Assembly: GCA_963726225.1 (NCBI GenBank)
Contig: CAVSBN010000010.1
Location: 1-24,000, forward strand
Reading direction: 5' to 3'
Source of the DNA: an uncultured Chloroflexia bacterium
GTDB taxonomy: Bacteria; Chloroflexota; Dehalococcoidia; Dehalococcoidales; UBA2162
Length of the DNA stretch: 24,000 bases
In this document: positions 7,472-15,772 of the stretch, in pieces
Layout of the letters: every line of letters begins with the position of its first letter
Numbering within the stretch: position 1 is the first letter of the stretch
Made by a program: the position numbers and the translations under genes
The notes under the pieces: generated by a model
Database searches by the model: none
Seen by the model: the letters and a program-made list of their open reading frames with translations, nothing else
Told to the model about the DNA's origin: nothing

Positions 7472-7950
7472 TCTAGTTCTCCTTCAATCAGTCTCAGGAT
7501 TTGTGCTTCCCTGGCTCTCATCTGGCGTTCGGCTTCTGGAACATCGTGGTCATAGCCCAGGAGGTGGAGAATACCGTGGATAACGAGCAGGGCTATCTCT
7601 TTCTTTACCGGGTGCTGGTGTTCGGCCGCCTGAATCACTGCCTGGGGGTAGGAGATGATGACCTCGCCGAGGTGCTTTATGCCATCGGGAGGCGCGATAA
7701 AGGGAGGGCGTTCGGCCGTCTCCGGCGCGGGTTGCATGGGGAAGGCCAGGACATCTGTTGGCCTGTCTTCGCCCAGATACTGACGATTCAGCTCGTGTAC
7801 TCTTTCCTGCCCGGTAATCATCAGACCGACCTCGGCGGCGGCGTCAGCGCTCTCAGCCGTCAGGACTTTCTCGGCCACCCTCCTCAGCCAGTCTCGTTTG
7901 ACCTGCTTCCCGAAGCCTTTATCAACGACAATATTAATCTCCATAGGCAC
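7468..7950 (-). CDS. ybeY: rRNA maturation endoribonuclease YbeY
   Basis: Signature HGILHLLGYDH zinc site and the expected size. Start is GTG 7950 or ATG 7944. Confidence 0.9.
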   Translation of the reverse strand: MPMEINIVVDKGFGKQVKRDWLRRVAEKVLTAESADAAAEVGLMITGQERVHELNRQYLGEDRPTDVLAFPMQPAPETAERPPFIAPPDGIKHLGEVIISYPQAVIQAAEHQHPVKKEIALLVIHGILHLLGYDHDVPEAERQMRAREAQILRLIEGELE

Positions 7951-8010
7951 TCAAACCATCATAGCACAGCCCAGAGAAGGCTCTCAAATAGACTATCGCT
8001 TATTATCACT

Positions 8011-8093
8011 AACCTCACCCCCTTTATCCCCCTCTCCCGATATATCGGGGAGAGGGGGAGGAAATTAAAAAGAGTCCCGACTAGTCGGGACTC
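8011..8093. repeat. Composite hairpin repeat, copy B
   Basis: AACCTCACCCCC (8011-8022), then hairpin CCCCCTCTCCCGAT / ATCGGGGAGAGGGGG (8028-8058, one bulge). Next an A-rich spacer AGGAAATTAAAAA, then hairpin GAGTCCCGAC-ta-GTCGGGACTC (8072-8093). On the minus strand the second hairpin is followed by TTTTTAATTTCC. Confidence 0.8.
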
Positions 8094-8120
8094 TTAAACA
8101 CCCCCGGCGACGCTGAATGA

Positions 8121-8150
8121 TTGATTTACTCCGACGAGTGTTGATACAAT
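8121..8150 (+). promoter_or_regulatory. Candidate promoter of the GyrI-like gene
   Basis: TTGATT (8121-8126), 18 nt spacer, TACAAT (8145-8150). A TG two bases upstream of the -10 gives an extended -10 (TGATACAAT). Confidence 0.4.
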
Positions 8151-8196
8151 ACTGGTCTAATCGAGTTCGTCAGACTTAGTGCACAAGGAGGCAAAG

Positions 8197-8679
8197 ATGA
8201 CACCTTCCATTCAGGTGACGGTGAAAGAAGTCACGCCGACGACGGTGGCTTTCATCAGCATGAAGGGCCCATTCAGTCAGATGGGTGAGGCTTTCGGCAA
8301 GCTTTACGCCTGGATTGGCCAGAAGGGCTATATACCGGCCGGACCGCCATCAGGCCTCTACTTCAATGCCCCGGGGCAGGTTCCGGAGGACCAGTTGTTG
8401 TGGGAGTTACGCAGTCCCATCGCCGGCACCGTCTCTCCCGCTGGCCCTGATAAGCAAGGCCTGGGAGTGAAGCGGCTCGAGAGAGTGCGAGTAGCGGCCA
8501 CCATGCACAAGGGGCCATTTGACGGAGTTGTTCAGACCTACGAGCAACTGGGTCGCTGGATTGCCGAAAACGGATATGAGGTCGTTGGGCCCAGTGAAGA
8601 GGTCTACCTCAGCAACCCCCAGGAGACGCCACCCGCTGAGCTCCTGACGGAAGTCAGGTTTCCGGTCCGGAAGAAGTAG
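8197..8679 (+). CDS. GyrI-like (AraC effector-binding / SOUL-type) small-molecule-binding protein
   Basis: About 160 aa with an internal duplication pattern: VTVKEVTPTTVAFISMKGPF..YFN and VKRLERVRVAATMHKGPF..EVYLSNP..TEVRFPV. AAGGAGG lies 6 nt before ATG 8197. The track start 8179 is an upstream GTG. Confidence 0.7.
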   Translation: MTPSIQVTVKEVTPTTVAFISMKGPFSQMGEAFGKLYAWIGQKGYIPAGPPSGLYFNAPGQVPEDQLLWELRSPIAGTVSPAGPDKQGLGVKRLERVRVAATMHKGPFDGVVQTYEQLGRWIAENGYEVVGPSEEVYLSNPQETPPAELLTEVRFPVRKK

Positions 8680-8722
8680 TCAGTGACGCCGGACACAGCC
8701 ATCAAGAACCATCGCTCACGGT

Positions 8723-8760
8723 CAGACCTATTGGCCGGCCGTTAGGTCTGTTCCTTTCTT
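8723..8760 (+). terminator. Intrinsic terminator between convergent genes
   Basis: Stem CAGACCTA (8723-8730) / TAGGTCTG (8743-8750), 12-nt loop, followed by TTCCTTTCTT. Confidence 0.5.
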
Positions 8761-8778
8761 GAGGGATTGCCACCGGGT

Positions 8779-10327
8779 CTAGAGCACGCCGAGGACTGTA
8801 TCCGGGATGGCTTCCCAGGCCCGGCGCTCCTCGGCGAAGGGGTCTTTTACCACCTGGCACTCCGCACCCAGGAACATGGTCTCACGGTTGGCGCCATACT
8901 GCGGCCACTTCCCGAGGCTTTTGGTGCTCGGGTTGCCGGTGCGGGCAAAAGCCAGCCAGGCATCCTGCGTCTTTCCGGCCAGGGCATCGGCGGCTGGCCC
9001 GGTACCGGAGAACCTCGCCTCGTAGGTACCGAAGACGAAGCCAAGCTCAATGGCATGGCAGGCGCCGAGCAAGCCTCCCATTGCTGGTGACTTCCAGGTG
9101 AACAGGTAGGCATAGGTCGGCTGGTGGCGGCGGGAGTGGCTCTCAGCGAGGCGGACTGCCGGTATCCGAAAGGCTTTATCGGTCTGCATGGCCATGAGGA
9201 GCTCAGCCGGCGTAGTTGACATGCCACGCTTGTCACGTGCTTTCCGGTAGGTCTCTATCAAACCCGCTGCATCTACCGTTGGAATAAGCCGCTGGCAACG
9301 TCTGAGTAGACGGGCCTCGTCCATCTTGGAGATATTCTGGTCCATGGCGTTGAAGAGTTTCGCTTCCTCGAGAGTCGTACCGACCAGGATGGGGATATTG
9401 TCTGCGGAACCGCTGGCGATGGCAGTTATCGGCAACTGCGGCAGCACCTTGCCATCCACCACCGGCTGGAGGGGGAGACCACCAAGGCCTGACTTCCAGT
9501 CAAGCGCCCTGGCGGCCAGCTCCTTCTGGGCATCCATCAACCGCTTAACGGTGAGCGACCGCAGTCCGTCGGTATCGCCGGGGCTTGATGCCGAGGATAT
9601 CCAGGAGGACCTTTGTTATCCGTACCGCCCGCTCCATTGAATTCACTGAGTGGGCGGCACCACTCTGGGGGATGGCCTTATGGCAGAGCCCCCGTGCTTT
9701 CGGCAGGGCCAGCAGAGTACCGACGCTCATCCCGCCGGCGGACTCACCGAAAATGGTCACATTGTCCGGGTCACCACCAAAGGTGGCGATATTATCACGC
9801 ACCCAGGCCAGGGCGAAGGCCTGGTCGAGCAGGCCCTCGTTGCCGGTGGCCGGAATTTTGCCCCCGGTGACCTCGTTCAGATTGAGGAAACCAAGCGCGC
9901 CGAGGCGGTAGTTGATGGTCACAATCACCGTATTGCCGCGCGTCGAGAGGGTGCGGCCATTGTAGGCCAGCGAAGAGCCCGAGCCCATGGTGAAGGCACC
10001 GCCATGAATCCAGACCATAACCGGGCGGCGGGCATCATCCAGACCCGGGGTCCAGATATTCAGGTAGAGGCAGTCTTCATCCTGAGGTTCCGGCTCTGGT
10101 GGGTTGAGAACCTGCATTTCCATCGGATTCTGCGGAGCGATGGTGGCGAATCGCTGCGCCGGACGCACGCCGCTCCAGGGCTCGGCGGGCTCGGGGGCAA
10201 GCCAGCGGAGTCTTCCGACAGGTGGTGAGGCATAGGGAACCCCCCGGAAGATATACAAGCCGTCCTTGTAAGTGCCTTCAATCTTCCCGCTGGTAGTTGT
10301 CACTATTGCTTCTGTCGACACGCTCAT
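8779..10327 (-). pseudogene. Type-B carboxylesterase (PnbA-like), split by a frameshift in a C4 run
   Basis: ORF 9545..10327 carries the N-terminal half: FRGVPYASPP, oxyanion HGGAF, nucleophile elbow GESAGG. ORF 8779..9540 carries the C-terminal half. The frame of the second ORF reads PGDTDGLRSLTVKRLMDAQKELAA straight across the junction. The break is at minus-strand AAGCCCCGG (+ strand GGGG 9580-9583). AAGGAG lies before ATG 10327. Confidence 0.8.
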
Positions 10328-10426
10328 ACTCTCTCCTTCACTATGGAATGGTTATTTGACGAAATGCCAGGCTTATGTTAGCGAGTATCCGCCCTCTTTG
10401 TCAATTCGTGGGTTGGGGGCAAGTAT

Positions 10427-10455
10427 TTTACACCCAAATCGGCTTGCGTTATACT
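10427..10455 (+). promoter_or_regulatory. Candidate relA promoter
   Basis: TTTACA (10427-10432), 17 nt spacer, TATACT (10450-10455), 30 nt before ATG 10486. Confidence 0.4.
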
Positions 10456-10485
10456 GTGGTTGTAGGTCAGCACTCGCAGGTGCCT

Positions 10486-12666
10486 ATGGGTTTCAACGAG
10501 CTTATCACCGAGGCAAGGCAGTATCTTCCGGCCGAGAAAGTAGCATCGGTCGAAGATGCCTACCAGTTTGCCATGAAGGCACACGAAGGCCAGATGCGCA
10601 AGTCGGGCGGGCCTTTTCTGGAGCACCCGGTGCAGGTTGCCCTGACCCTGGCCAAGCTTCAGCTTGACACCAGTTCCCTGATAGCCGCCCTGCTCCACGA
10701 TGTCCCGGAAGATTGCGGAATACCGCTGGCCGATATCGAGGCCAAATTCGGCTCAGAAGTAGCCAAGCTGGTCGATGGCACCACCAAGCTGGGCCGACTC
10801 TCCCGTGAGGTGCCGGGGAAGGCACGACGGCGAGAGGCTCGCGCCGCCCGGGAGACGCAGGCAGAGAACCTGCGGAAGATGTTGCTGTCCATGGCCGAGG
10901 ACCTGCGTGTGGTATTCATCAAGCTGTCTGACCGACTTCACAACATGCAGACACTGGATGCCCTACCGCCGGAGAAACAGCGCGCTATCGCCCAGGAGAC
11001 CCTGGAAATCTACGCTCCTTTGACACACCGGCTGGGAATATGGGAACTGAAATCGCAGCTAGAAGACCTAGCCTTCAAACATCTTGACCAACGGGAGTAC
11101 GATAACATTTACGAGCGGGTGGAGTCCCGGCGTACTGAGCGGGAGGCCTTCATCCGTCAGGCAATTGAGAAGCTGAAAGAGGAGTTTGACCGGGCCGGGT
11201 TGAAGGCTGAGATAACCGGTCGGCTCAAGCACATCTACAGTATACACCGGAAAGTGGAGAGATACGCTGCCTTAGGCAAAGATTTCGACGATATACATGA
11301 CTTCCTCGCCCTCAGAGTGCTGGTCAATACTGTGACGGAGTGCTACGCGGCTCTTGGTGTTATCCACGGCCTGTGGCGCCCGCTGCCCGACCAGTTTAAC
11401 GACTTCATCGCTAACCCCAAGCCCAATGGTTACCAGTCGCTACACACCACTGTCATGTACCAGGGCACCACCCCCCTGGAGGTGCAGATTCGCACCCACG
11501 ATATGCACAAAATAGCCGAATCTGGCGTGGCCGCTCACTGGCGCTATAAAGAGGGCGAGAAGAAGGATATGCACTTTGAGGAGCGGATTGGCTGGCTGCG
11601 CCAGTTGATTGAGTGGCACCGGGAACTGAGCGGCGCGGAGGAGTTCCTGGAATCAGTCAAGACCGATATCTTTATTGACCAGGTCTTCGTCTATACCCCC
11701 AAAGGTGAGATAAAGGATTTGCCGAAGGGTTCCACTCCTATTGATTTCGCCTATCGCATTCACACTGATTTGGGCAATCGCTGCGCTGGCGCCAAGGTTA
11801 ATGGCCGACTGGTGCCGCTTAGTTACCAGCTGCAAAACGGCGATGTCGTTGAAATCATGATGGCTAAGGCCAGCCGGGGGCCAAGCCGGGACTGGCTCAA
11901 TCCCGCTCTGGGCTATGTTAAGACCTCGGACGCGCGAGCGAAAATCCGTCAGTGGTTCAAGAAGCAGGAGCGGTCGGAGAACATTGAGCGCGGCCGGGAA
12001 CTGCTGGAGAAGGCGATGCGGCAACTGGGTATAAACTTCGGCGAGCGAGAGAAGCTGGCCGAGACCCTGGGCTATGATAGCCTGGACGACTTCTATGCCG
12101 AAATTGGCTACGGCGGGATTACCCCGCAGCAGATTGCTTTGAGACTGGCTGCCCAGCAACAGCAACCCAGGGTAATCGGCGTGACGGCGCCCAAACCGCC
12201 AACCTCGGCCATTACGGTGCGGGGGGTGGGTGATTTACTTACCCATCTGGCCCGGTGTTGTCACCCGGTGCCGGGTGACAAGATTATTGGTTATGTCACG
12301 CGGAGCCGTGGGGTCAGCGTCCACCGCCAGGACTGCTACAATGTGGTCAACGAGGATGAGACGGAAAGGCTGGTGCCAGTAGCGTGGGGCGAGACCGGTG
12401 CCTTGTATCCGGTCAGGATTCAGGTTGAAGCCCTGGATAGGGTAGGCTTGATGCGGGATATCACCACTCTGGTGGCCGAGGAGAAGATTAATATTGCCTC
12501 CGTAAACCTGACCAACAATACCGACCAGACCATTTCCATCTACTTCAGCCTGGAGACCGCCAACCTTCTGCAGTTGAGTCGGCTCCTGGCTAAAATCGAG
12601 GGGGTTCGTGGGGTTACCAGTGCCGCCCGAATCGGGGACGGTACGCCGACAAAAGCTAATCCTTAA
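10486..12666 (+). CDS. relA: Bifunctional (p)ppGpp synthetase/hydrolase, RelA/SpoT homologue
   Basis: HD hydrolase domain (HPVQVALTL..LLHDVPED), synthetase domain (RLKHIYSIHRKV..YQSLHTTV..EVQIRT), TGS domain (VFVYTPKGEIKDLPKGSTPIDFAY) and a C-terminal ACT domain. The track ORF starts at 10375, but ATG 10486 (MGFNELITEA..) matches the family N-terminus. Confidence 0.93.
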   Translation: MGFNELITEARQYLPAEKVASVEDAYQFAMKAHEGQMRKSGGPFLEHPVQVALTLAKLQLDTSSLIAALLHDVPEDCGIPLADIEAKFGSEVAKLVDGTTKLGRLSREVPGKARRREARAARETQAENLRKMLLSMAEDLRVVFIKLSDRLHNMQTLDALPPEKQRAIAQETLEIYAPLTHRLGIWELKSQLEDLAFKHLDQREYDNIYERVESRRTEREAFIRQAIEKLKEEFDRAGLKAEITGRLKHIYSIHRKVERYAALGKDFDDIHDFLALRVLVNTVTECYAALGVIHGLWRPLPDQFNDFIANPKPNGYQSLHTTVMYQGTTPLEVQIRTHDMHKIAESGVAAHWRYKEGEKKDMHFEERIGWLRQLIEWHRELSGAEEFLESVKTDIFIDQVFVYTPKGEIKDLPKGSTPIDFAYRIHTDLGNRCAGAKVNGRLVPLSYQLQNGDVVEIMMAKASRGPSRDWLNPALGYVKTSDARAKIRQWFKKQERSENIERGRELLEKAMRQLGINFGEREKLAETLGYDSLDDFYAEIGYGGITPQQIALRLAAQQQQPRVIGVTAPKPPTSAITVRGVGDLLTHLARCCHPVPGDKIIGYVTRSRGVSVHRQDCYNVVNEDETERLVPVAWGETGALYPVRIQVEALDRVGLMRDITTLVAEEKINIASVNLTNNTDQTISIYFSLETANLLQLSRLLAKIEGVRGVTSAARIGDGTPTKANP

Positions 12667-12742
12667 CGATAGAGCACACTGTAATCAGAGAGTGTTTAAT
12701 CGGGTGTATCGGGGTGTCTAAGAGCTCGCCGAGCAGTGAGTC

Positions 12743-12809
12743 AAGAGGGCGAGCCTCTTTCTACTTATTCCCCCTCTCCTTTTAAGGAGAGGGGGTAGGG
12801 GGTGAGGTT
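12743..12809. repeat. Composite hairpin repeat, copy C (inverted relative to A and B)
   Basis: On the + strand: hairpin AAGAGG-gcgag-CCTCTT (12743-12759), then TCTACTTATT. Next hairpin CCCCCTCTCC (12770-12779) / GGAGAGGGGG (12786-12795), then TAGGGGGTGAGGTT (12796-12809). The reverse complement aligns with copies A and B. Confidence 0.8.
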
Positions 12810-12901
12810 AAAAAACAATCTCAAATCAAGGGCTTGACACAACCAGCCAAACTGCCTTAATCTAGTTTAGTTAGCGAGGTTAAGAACCCAGGAGGTAGAT
12901 A

Positions 12902-13201
12902 TTGCCAGTCACTAAATCAGCCGAAAAGGAAATGCGCAAGACCGAGAGAAGGCGACTTAGAAATAAGGCCGTCCGCACCAGAGCCAAGACCATGATAGAC
13001 AAAGCCGAAAGGTTCATCTTCTCCGGCGATATTGAGTCGGCCAGGAAGACTGCGGCCGCGGCTATCCGCTCTTTGGACAAGGCCGCCGAAAAGGGAATCA
13101 TTCACCCCAATAATGCCGCCCGGCGCAAAGCCCGCTTAATGAAGAAATTGAACCAGGCCCAGACTCCACCGGCGACCAAAGAGTCGGCCCCGGCCAGCTA
13201 A
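12902..13201 (+). CDS. rpsT: 30S ribosomal protein S20
   Basis: Basic helical protein: KSAEKEMRKTERRRLRNKAVRTRAKT...KGIIHPNNAARRKARL. TTG start with AGGAGG (12890-12895) 6 nt upstream. Confidence 0.9.
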   Translation: MPVTKSAEKEMRKTERRRLRNKAVRTRAKTMIDKAERFIFSGDIESARKTAAAAIRSLDKAAEKGIIHPNNAARRKARLMKKLNQAQTPPATKESAPAS

Positions 13202-13232
13202 GCCAGCACAATAGTCGAGAAGTGTCGTTTTA

Positions 13233-13262
13233 GAGAGGGGCAACGCCCCTCTCTCTTTTCCT
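13233..13262 (+). terminator. rpsT intrinsic terminator (also hairpin 2 of a degenerate repeat copy D)
   Basis: GAGAGGGGC (13233-13241), loop aac, GCCCCTCTC (13245-13253), followed by TCTTTTCC. Downstream, TCCTCC-tta-GGGGTTGGG looks like a decayed version of the repeat's GC-rich hairpin. Confidence 0.6.
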
Positions 13263-13293
13263 CCTTAGGGGTTGGGCCTAAAGCCCTCTGGGC

Positions 13294-13342
13294 TTGACAA
13301 AAGCCTCGGCTCGTTATAAATTGGTAGTAGAACAAAAGTTCT
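13294..13342 (+). promoter_or_regulatory. lexA promoter with Cheo-type SOS box
   Basis: TTGACA (13294-13299), 15-16 nt spacer, TATAAAT (13315-13321). Then AGAACAAAAGTTCT (13329-13342), which matches GAAC-N4-GTTC with perfectly palindromic arms, 30 nt before ATG 13373. Confidence 0.65.
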
Positions 13343-13372
13343 CCATCAGTAACGATAGCCGTGGGGTGGACA

Positions 13373-14014
13373 ATGAGAACCTTATCCGACAAACAGCAGA
13401 GAATCATTGAGTTTATCCAGCAATTCTGGTCTGACGGGGGCTACCCGCCAACCGTCCGGGATATAGTCAATGGCTGCGGGATTAGCTCGACTTCGGTGGT
13501 GGACTACAACCTGAACATATTGGAGAGGGAGGGGCATATCCGTCGCCACTCCGGGATTTCCCGCGGGATTGAGCTAATCAGCCGGTCGCTAGCTCTGGGC
13601 CGCAGTGTCCCAGTGCCCGTTATTGGTCAAATCGCCGCTGGTGAGCCGATTCCGGTGCCGACTCCAGACACCTGGGATGTTACGGCCTCCGCCGAAACTA
13701 TTGAGGTGACCGAGGACCTGCTTCAGGGCAAAAAGGACATCTATGCCCTCAAGGTGAAGGGCTCTTCAATGATAGATGCCCTGATTAATGATGGCGATAT
13801 CGTGTTAATGCAATATGTCAATACGGTGGAGAGTGGGGAGATGGCGGCAGTCTGGCTCAGGGCAGAAAAAGAGGCCACATTAAAGAAAGTCTACCCTGAG
13901 CCGGGGCGCATCCGACTCCAACCCGCCAATAGTCGCATGAAACCAATATATACCGAGCCGCACAATCTGGAAATTCAAGGCAAGGTGATTGCGGTTATCC
14001 GGAAGCTGGGGTAG
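13373..14014 (+). CDS. lexA: LexA repressor (S24 peptidase)
   Basis: N-terminal winged helix (LSDKQQRIIEFI..GYPPTVRDI), cleavage-site region IGQIAAGEP, Ser nucleophile in VKGSSMIDA, Lys in ATLKKV. The track start 13361 is an upstream GTG. Confidence 0.92.
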   Translation: MRTLSDKQQRIIEFIQQFWSDGGYPPTVRDIVNGCGISSTSVVDYNLNILEREGHIRRHSGISRGIELISRSLALGRSVPVPVIGQIAAGEPIPVPTPDTWDVTASAETIEVTEDLLQGKKDIYALKVKGSSMIDALINDGDIVLMQYVNTVESGEMAAVWLRAEKEATLKKVYPEPGRIRLQPANSRMKPIYTEPHNLEIQGKVIAVIRKLG

Positions 14015-14045
14015 CTAAAACCGCTAGGAAATAAACTATTCTGGC

Positions 14046-14720
14046 TCAGGTCCCTCTCTTCGTAGCTTTGTCTCTTCGCGTCAGTTCCGCCACAAAGTTG
14101 CCCAAGCCGCCGGTGCGGGTGAAGTCAGCCACGATTCTGGGGAAGAAGTGGAGCAACATCACCACCACCAGTACAATGGGAAAGACGATGGATAACCATG
14201 ATTTGCCCAGGAACCAGGCGGAGATTGGCACCGAGAGAAGACTGAGATTGACGGAGAGAATGAGGTTACGGGTGATTAGCCAGAGTAGAAGCATTACAGC
14301 CAAGGCCAGGGCCAGCTCCTGTGTCATCAACATGACCAGCACGCCGAGGGTCGTGGCCAGCCCGTTGCCGCCGGTGAATTTAAGATAGACCGACCAGATA
14401 TGCCCGGCCACCACCGCCAGCCCGGCCCCCAGGACAAAGAGCCAGGATGTATCGGTTGACCACGGCTGAGGCCATTCCAATAGCCAGCTTGCCAAAGTTA
14501 CCGCCCCGGCACCCTTCACCACATCAAAGACACCCACGCCAATACCCGCCGCCTTCCCCACCTCGACAAAGACATTGCGTGCCCCAACATTGCCCCCGCC
14601 TCTCTTACGGATGTCCTTGCCCGTGACTAGACGGGTGATGACATAGGCCGAGGGGATGGAGCCCAGGAGATAGCCGATGATTACGGCGATGACGCCGGTA
14701 ATAACATCATTGCCTATCAT
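14046..14720 (-). CDS. plsY: Glycerol-3-phosphate acyltransferase PlsY
   Basis: IIGYLLGSIPSAYV, GGGNVGARNV (compare GSGNxGATN), DVVKGAGAV, GHIWSVYLKFTGGNG. ATG 14720 overlaps the ilvE stop (ATGA). The track start 14765 is inside ilvE. Confidence 0.88.
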   Translation of the reverse strand: MIGNDVITGVIAVIIGYLLGSIPSAYVITRLVTGKDIRKRGGGNVGARNVFVEVGKAAGIGVGVFDVVKGAGAVTLASWLLEWPQPWSTDTSWLFVLGAGLAVVAGHIWSVYLKFTGGNGLATTLGVLVMLMTQELALALAVMLLLWLITRNLILSVNLSLLSVPISAWFLGKSWLSIVFPIVLVVVMLLHFFPRIVADFTRTGGLGNFVAELTRRDKATKRGT

Positions 14721-15658
14721 TTGCGCTTTTCCGCCACCGGGCTCTTTTTGTAGGCTGGCGTGCACCAGTGCATGTATTTGGGATTGCTGCCCCGTATCAC
14801 ATCAGCGTAGATTTTCTGCAATTTTCTGGTTATCTCACCGATTTCGCCATCAGCTATCTTACGATGGTCTATCTCAGAAACGGGCGTGATATGCGCCGCC
14901 GTGCCCGTCATAAAGCATTCCTGGGCAGTGTAGAGCTCAGCCCGGTCAATCGGTCGCTCAATGGTTTCTATACCCAGCTCTTTCTTGGCCAGTTCAATGA
15001 CAGTATTGCGAGAGATACCCAGGAGGATGCTCTGGTAATGGGGTGGCGTGACCAGCTTGCTATTAATAACCAGGAAGATATTCTCGCCGCTCCCCTCCGA
15101 GACATGACCATCCGCAGAAAGCATGATAGCTTCGTCAAAGCCATTGGACACGGCTTCCGTCTTGGCGAGGGCGTTGTTGACATAGATACCGGTAACTTTG
15201 ACCTGTGGCGGGATAACATTATCGTCCGGACGCCGCCAGGTGGAGACATGGCAGCGGGCCTTGTCCACATCCAGATACGGTCCCCAGGGAATGACGAACA
15301 TTAGAAAATCGTTGTCAAGGTCGTGGAGGCGGACACCCAGCGACTCCGAGCTGGTATAGGCCAGGGGGCGGACATAGATATCCTCCTGAAAGCCACACAT
15401 GGCCACCAGTTCCACGGTTATCCGGGACAACTCATCAATGGTGTAGGGCAGGTCAATTTTCATCACCCGGCAGCCATTGAGCAGTCGCTCGTAGTGCTCT
15501 TTCATACGGAAGATGTAAATCTGCTGTTGGGTGGCGTTCCAGTTGCCCCGGATACCCTCAAAAAGGGCGGTGCCGTAGTGCAAGGCGTGGGTCATCACGC
15601 TAATCTTGGCTTCAGACAAGGGAACAAATTGTTTGCGGAAATAAGCGTACGATGGCAT
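14717..15658 (-). CDS. ilvE: Branched-chain amino acid aminotransferase (PLP fold type IV)
   Basis: HALHYGTALFEGIRGN, YVRP, KVTGIYVNNALAKTEA, EGSGENIF and GISR motifs. AAGGAG lies before the ATG. Candidate promoter on the minus strand: TTGCCT (15716-15711), 17 nt spacer, TATAAT (15693-15688). Confidence 0.9.
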   Translation of the reverse strand: MPSYAYFRKQFVPLSEAKISVMTHALHYGTALFEGIRGNWNATQQQIYIFRMKEHYERLLNGCRVMKIDLPYTIDELSRITVELVAMCGFQEDIYVRPLAYTSSESLGVRLHDLDNDFLMFVIPWGPYLDVDKARCHVSTWRRPDDNVIPPQVKVTGIYVNNALAKTEAVSNGFDEAIMLSADGHVSEGSGENIFLVINSKLVTPPHYQSILLGISRNTVIELAKKELGIETIERPIDRAELYTAQECFMTGTAAHITPVSEIDHRKIADGEIGEITRKLQKIYADVIRGSNPKYMHWCTPAYKKSPVAEKRK

Positions 15659-15772
15659 CTGAGTACTCCTTTTCTTAGATGGGTCTTATTATAGCCACAA
15701 ACGGGCGGTTAGGCAAGAGTCAAGAAGGGGACTATCTCCGGTACCTCTTTGTTTGCCTCCCTTGGGGCATGG

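Noticed and set aside
1045-13285. The recurring CCCCCTCTCC/GGAGAGGGGG hairpins read as a CRISPR array, or as coding repeats (PLS..GEG peptides).
   Set aside because: The copies are kilobases apart, in both orientations and always intergenic, with no regular repeat-spacer periodicity. Translations differ in frame between copies. This is a dispersed structured repeat, not CRISPR and not a protein motif.
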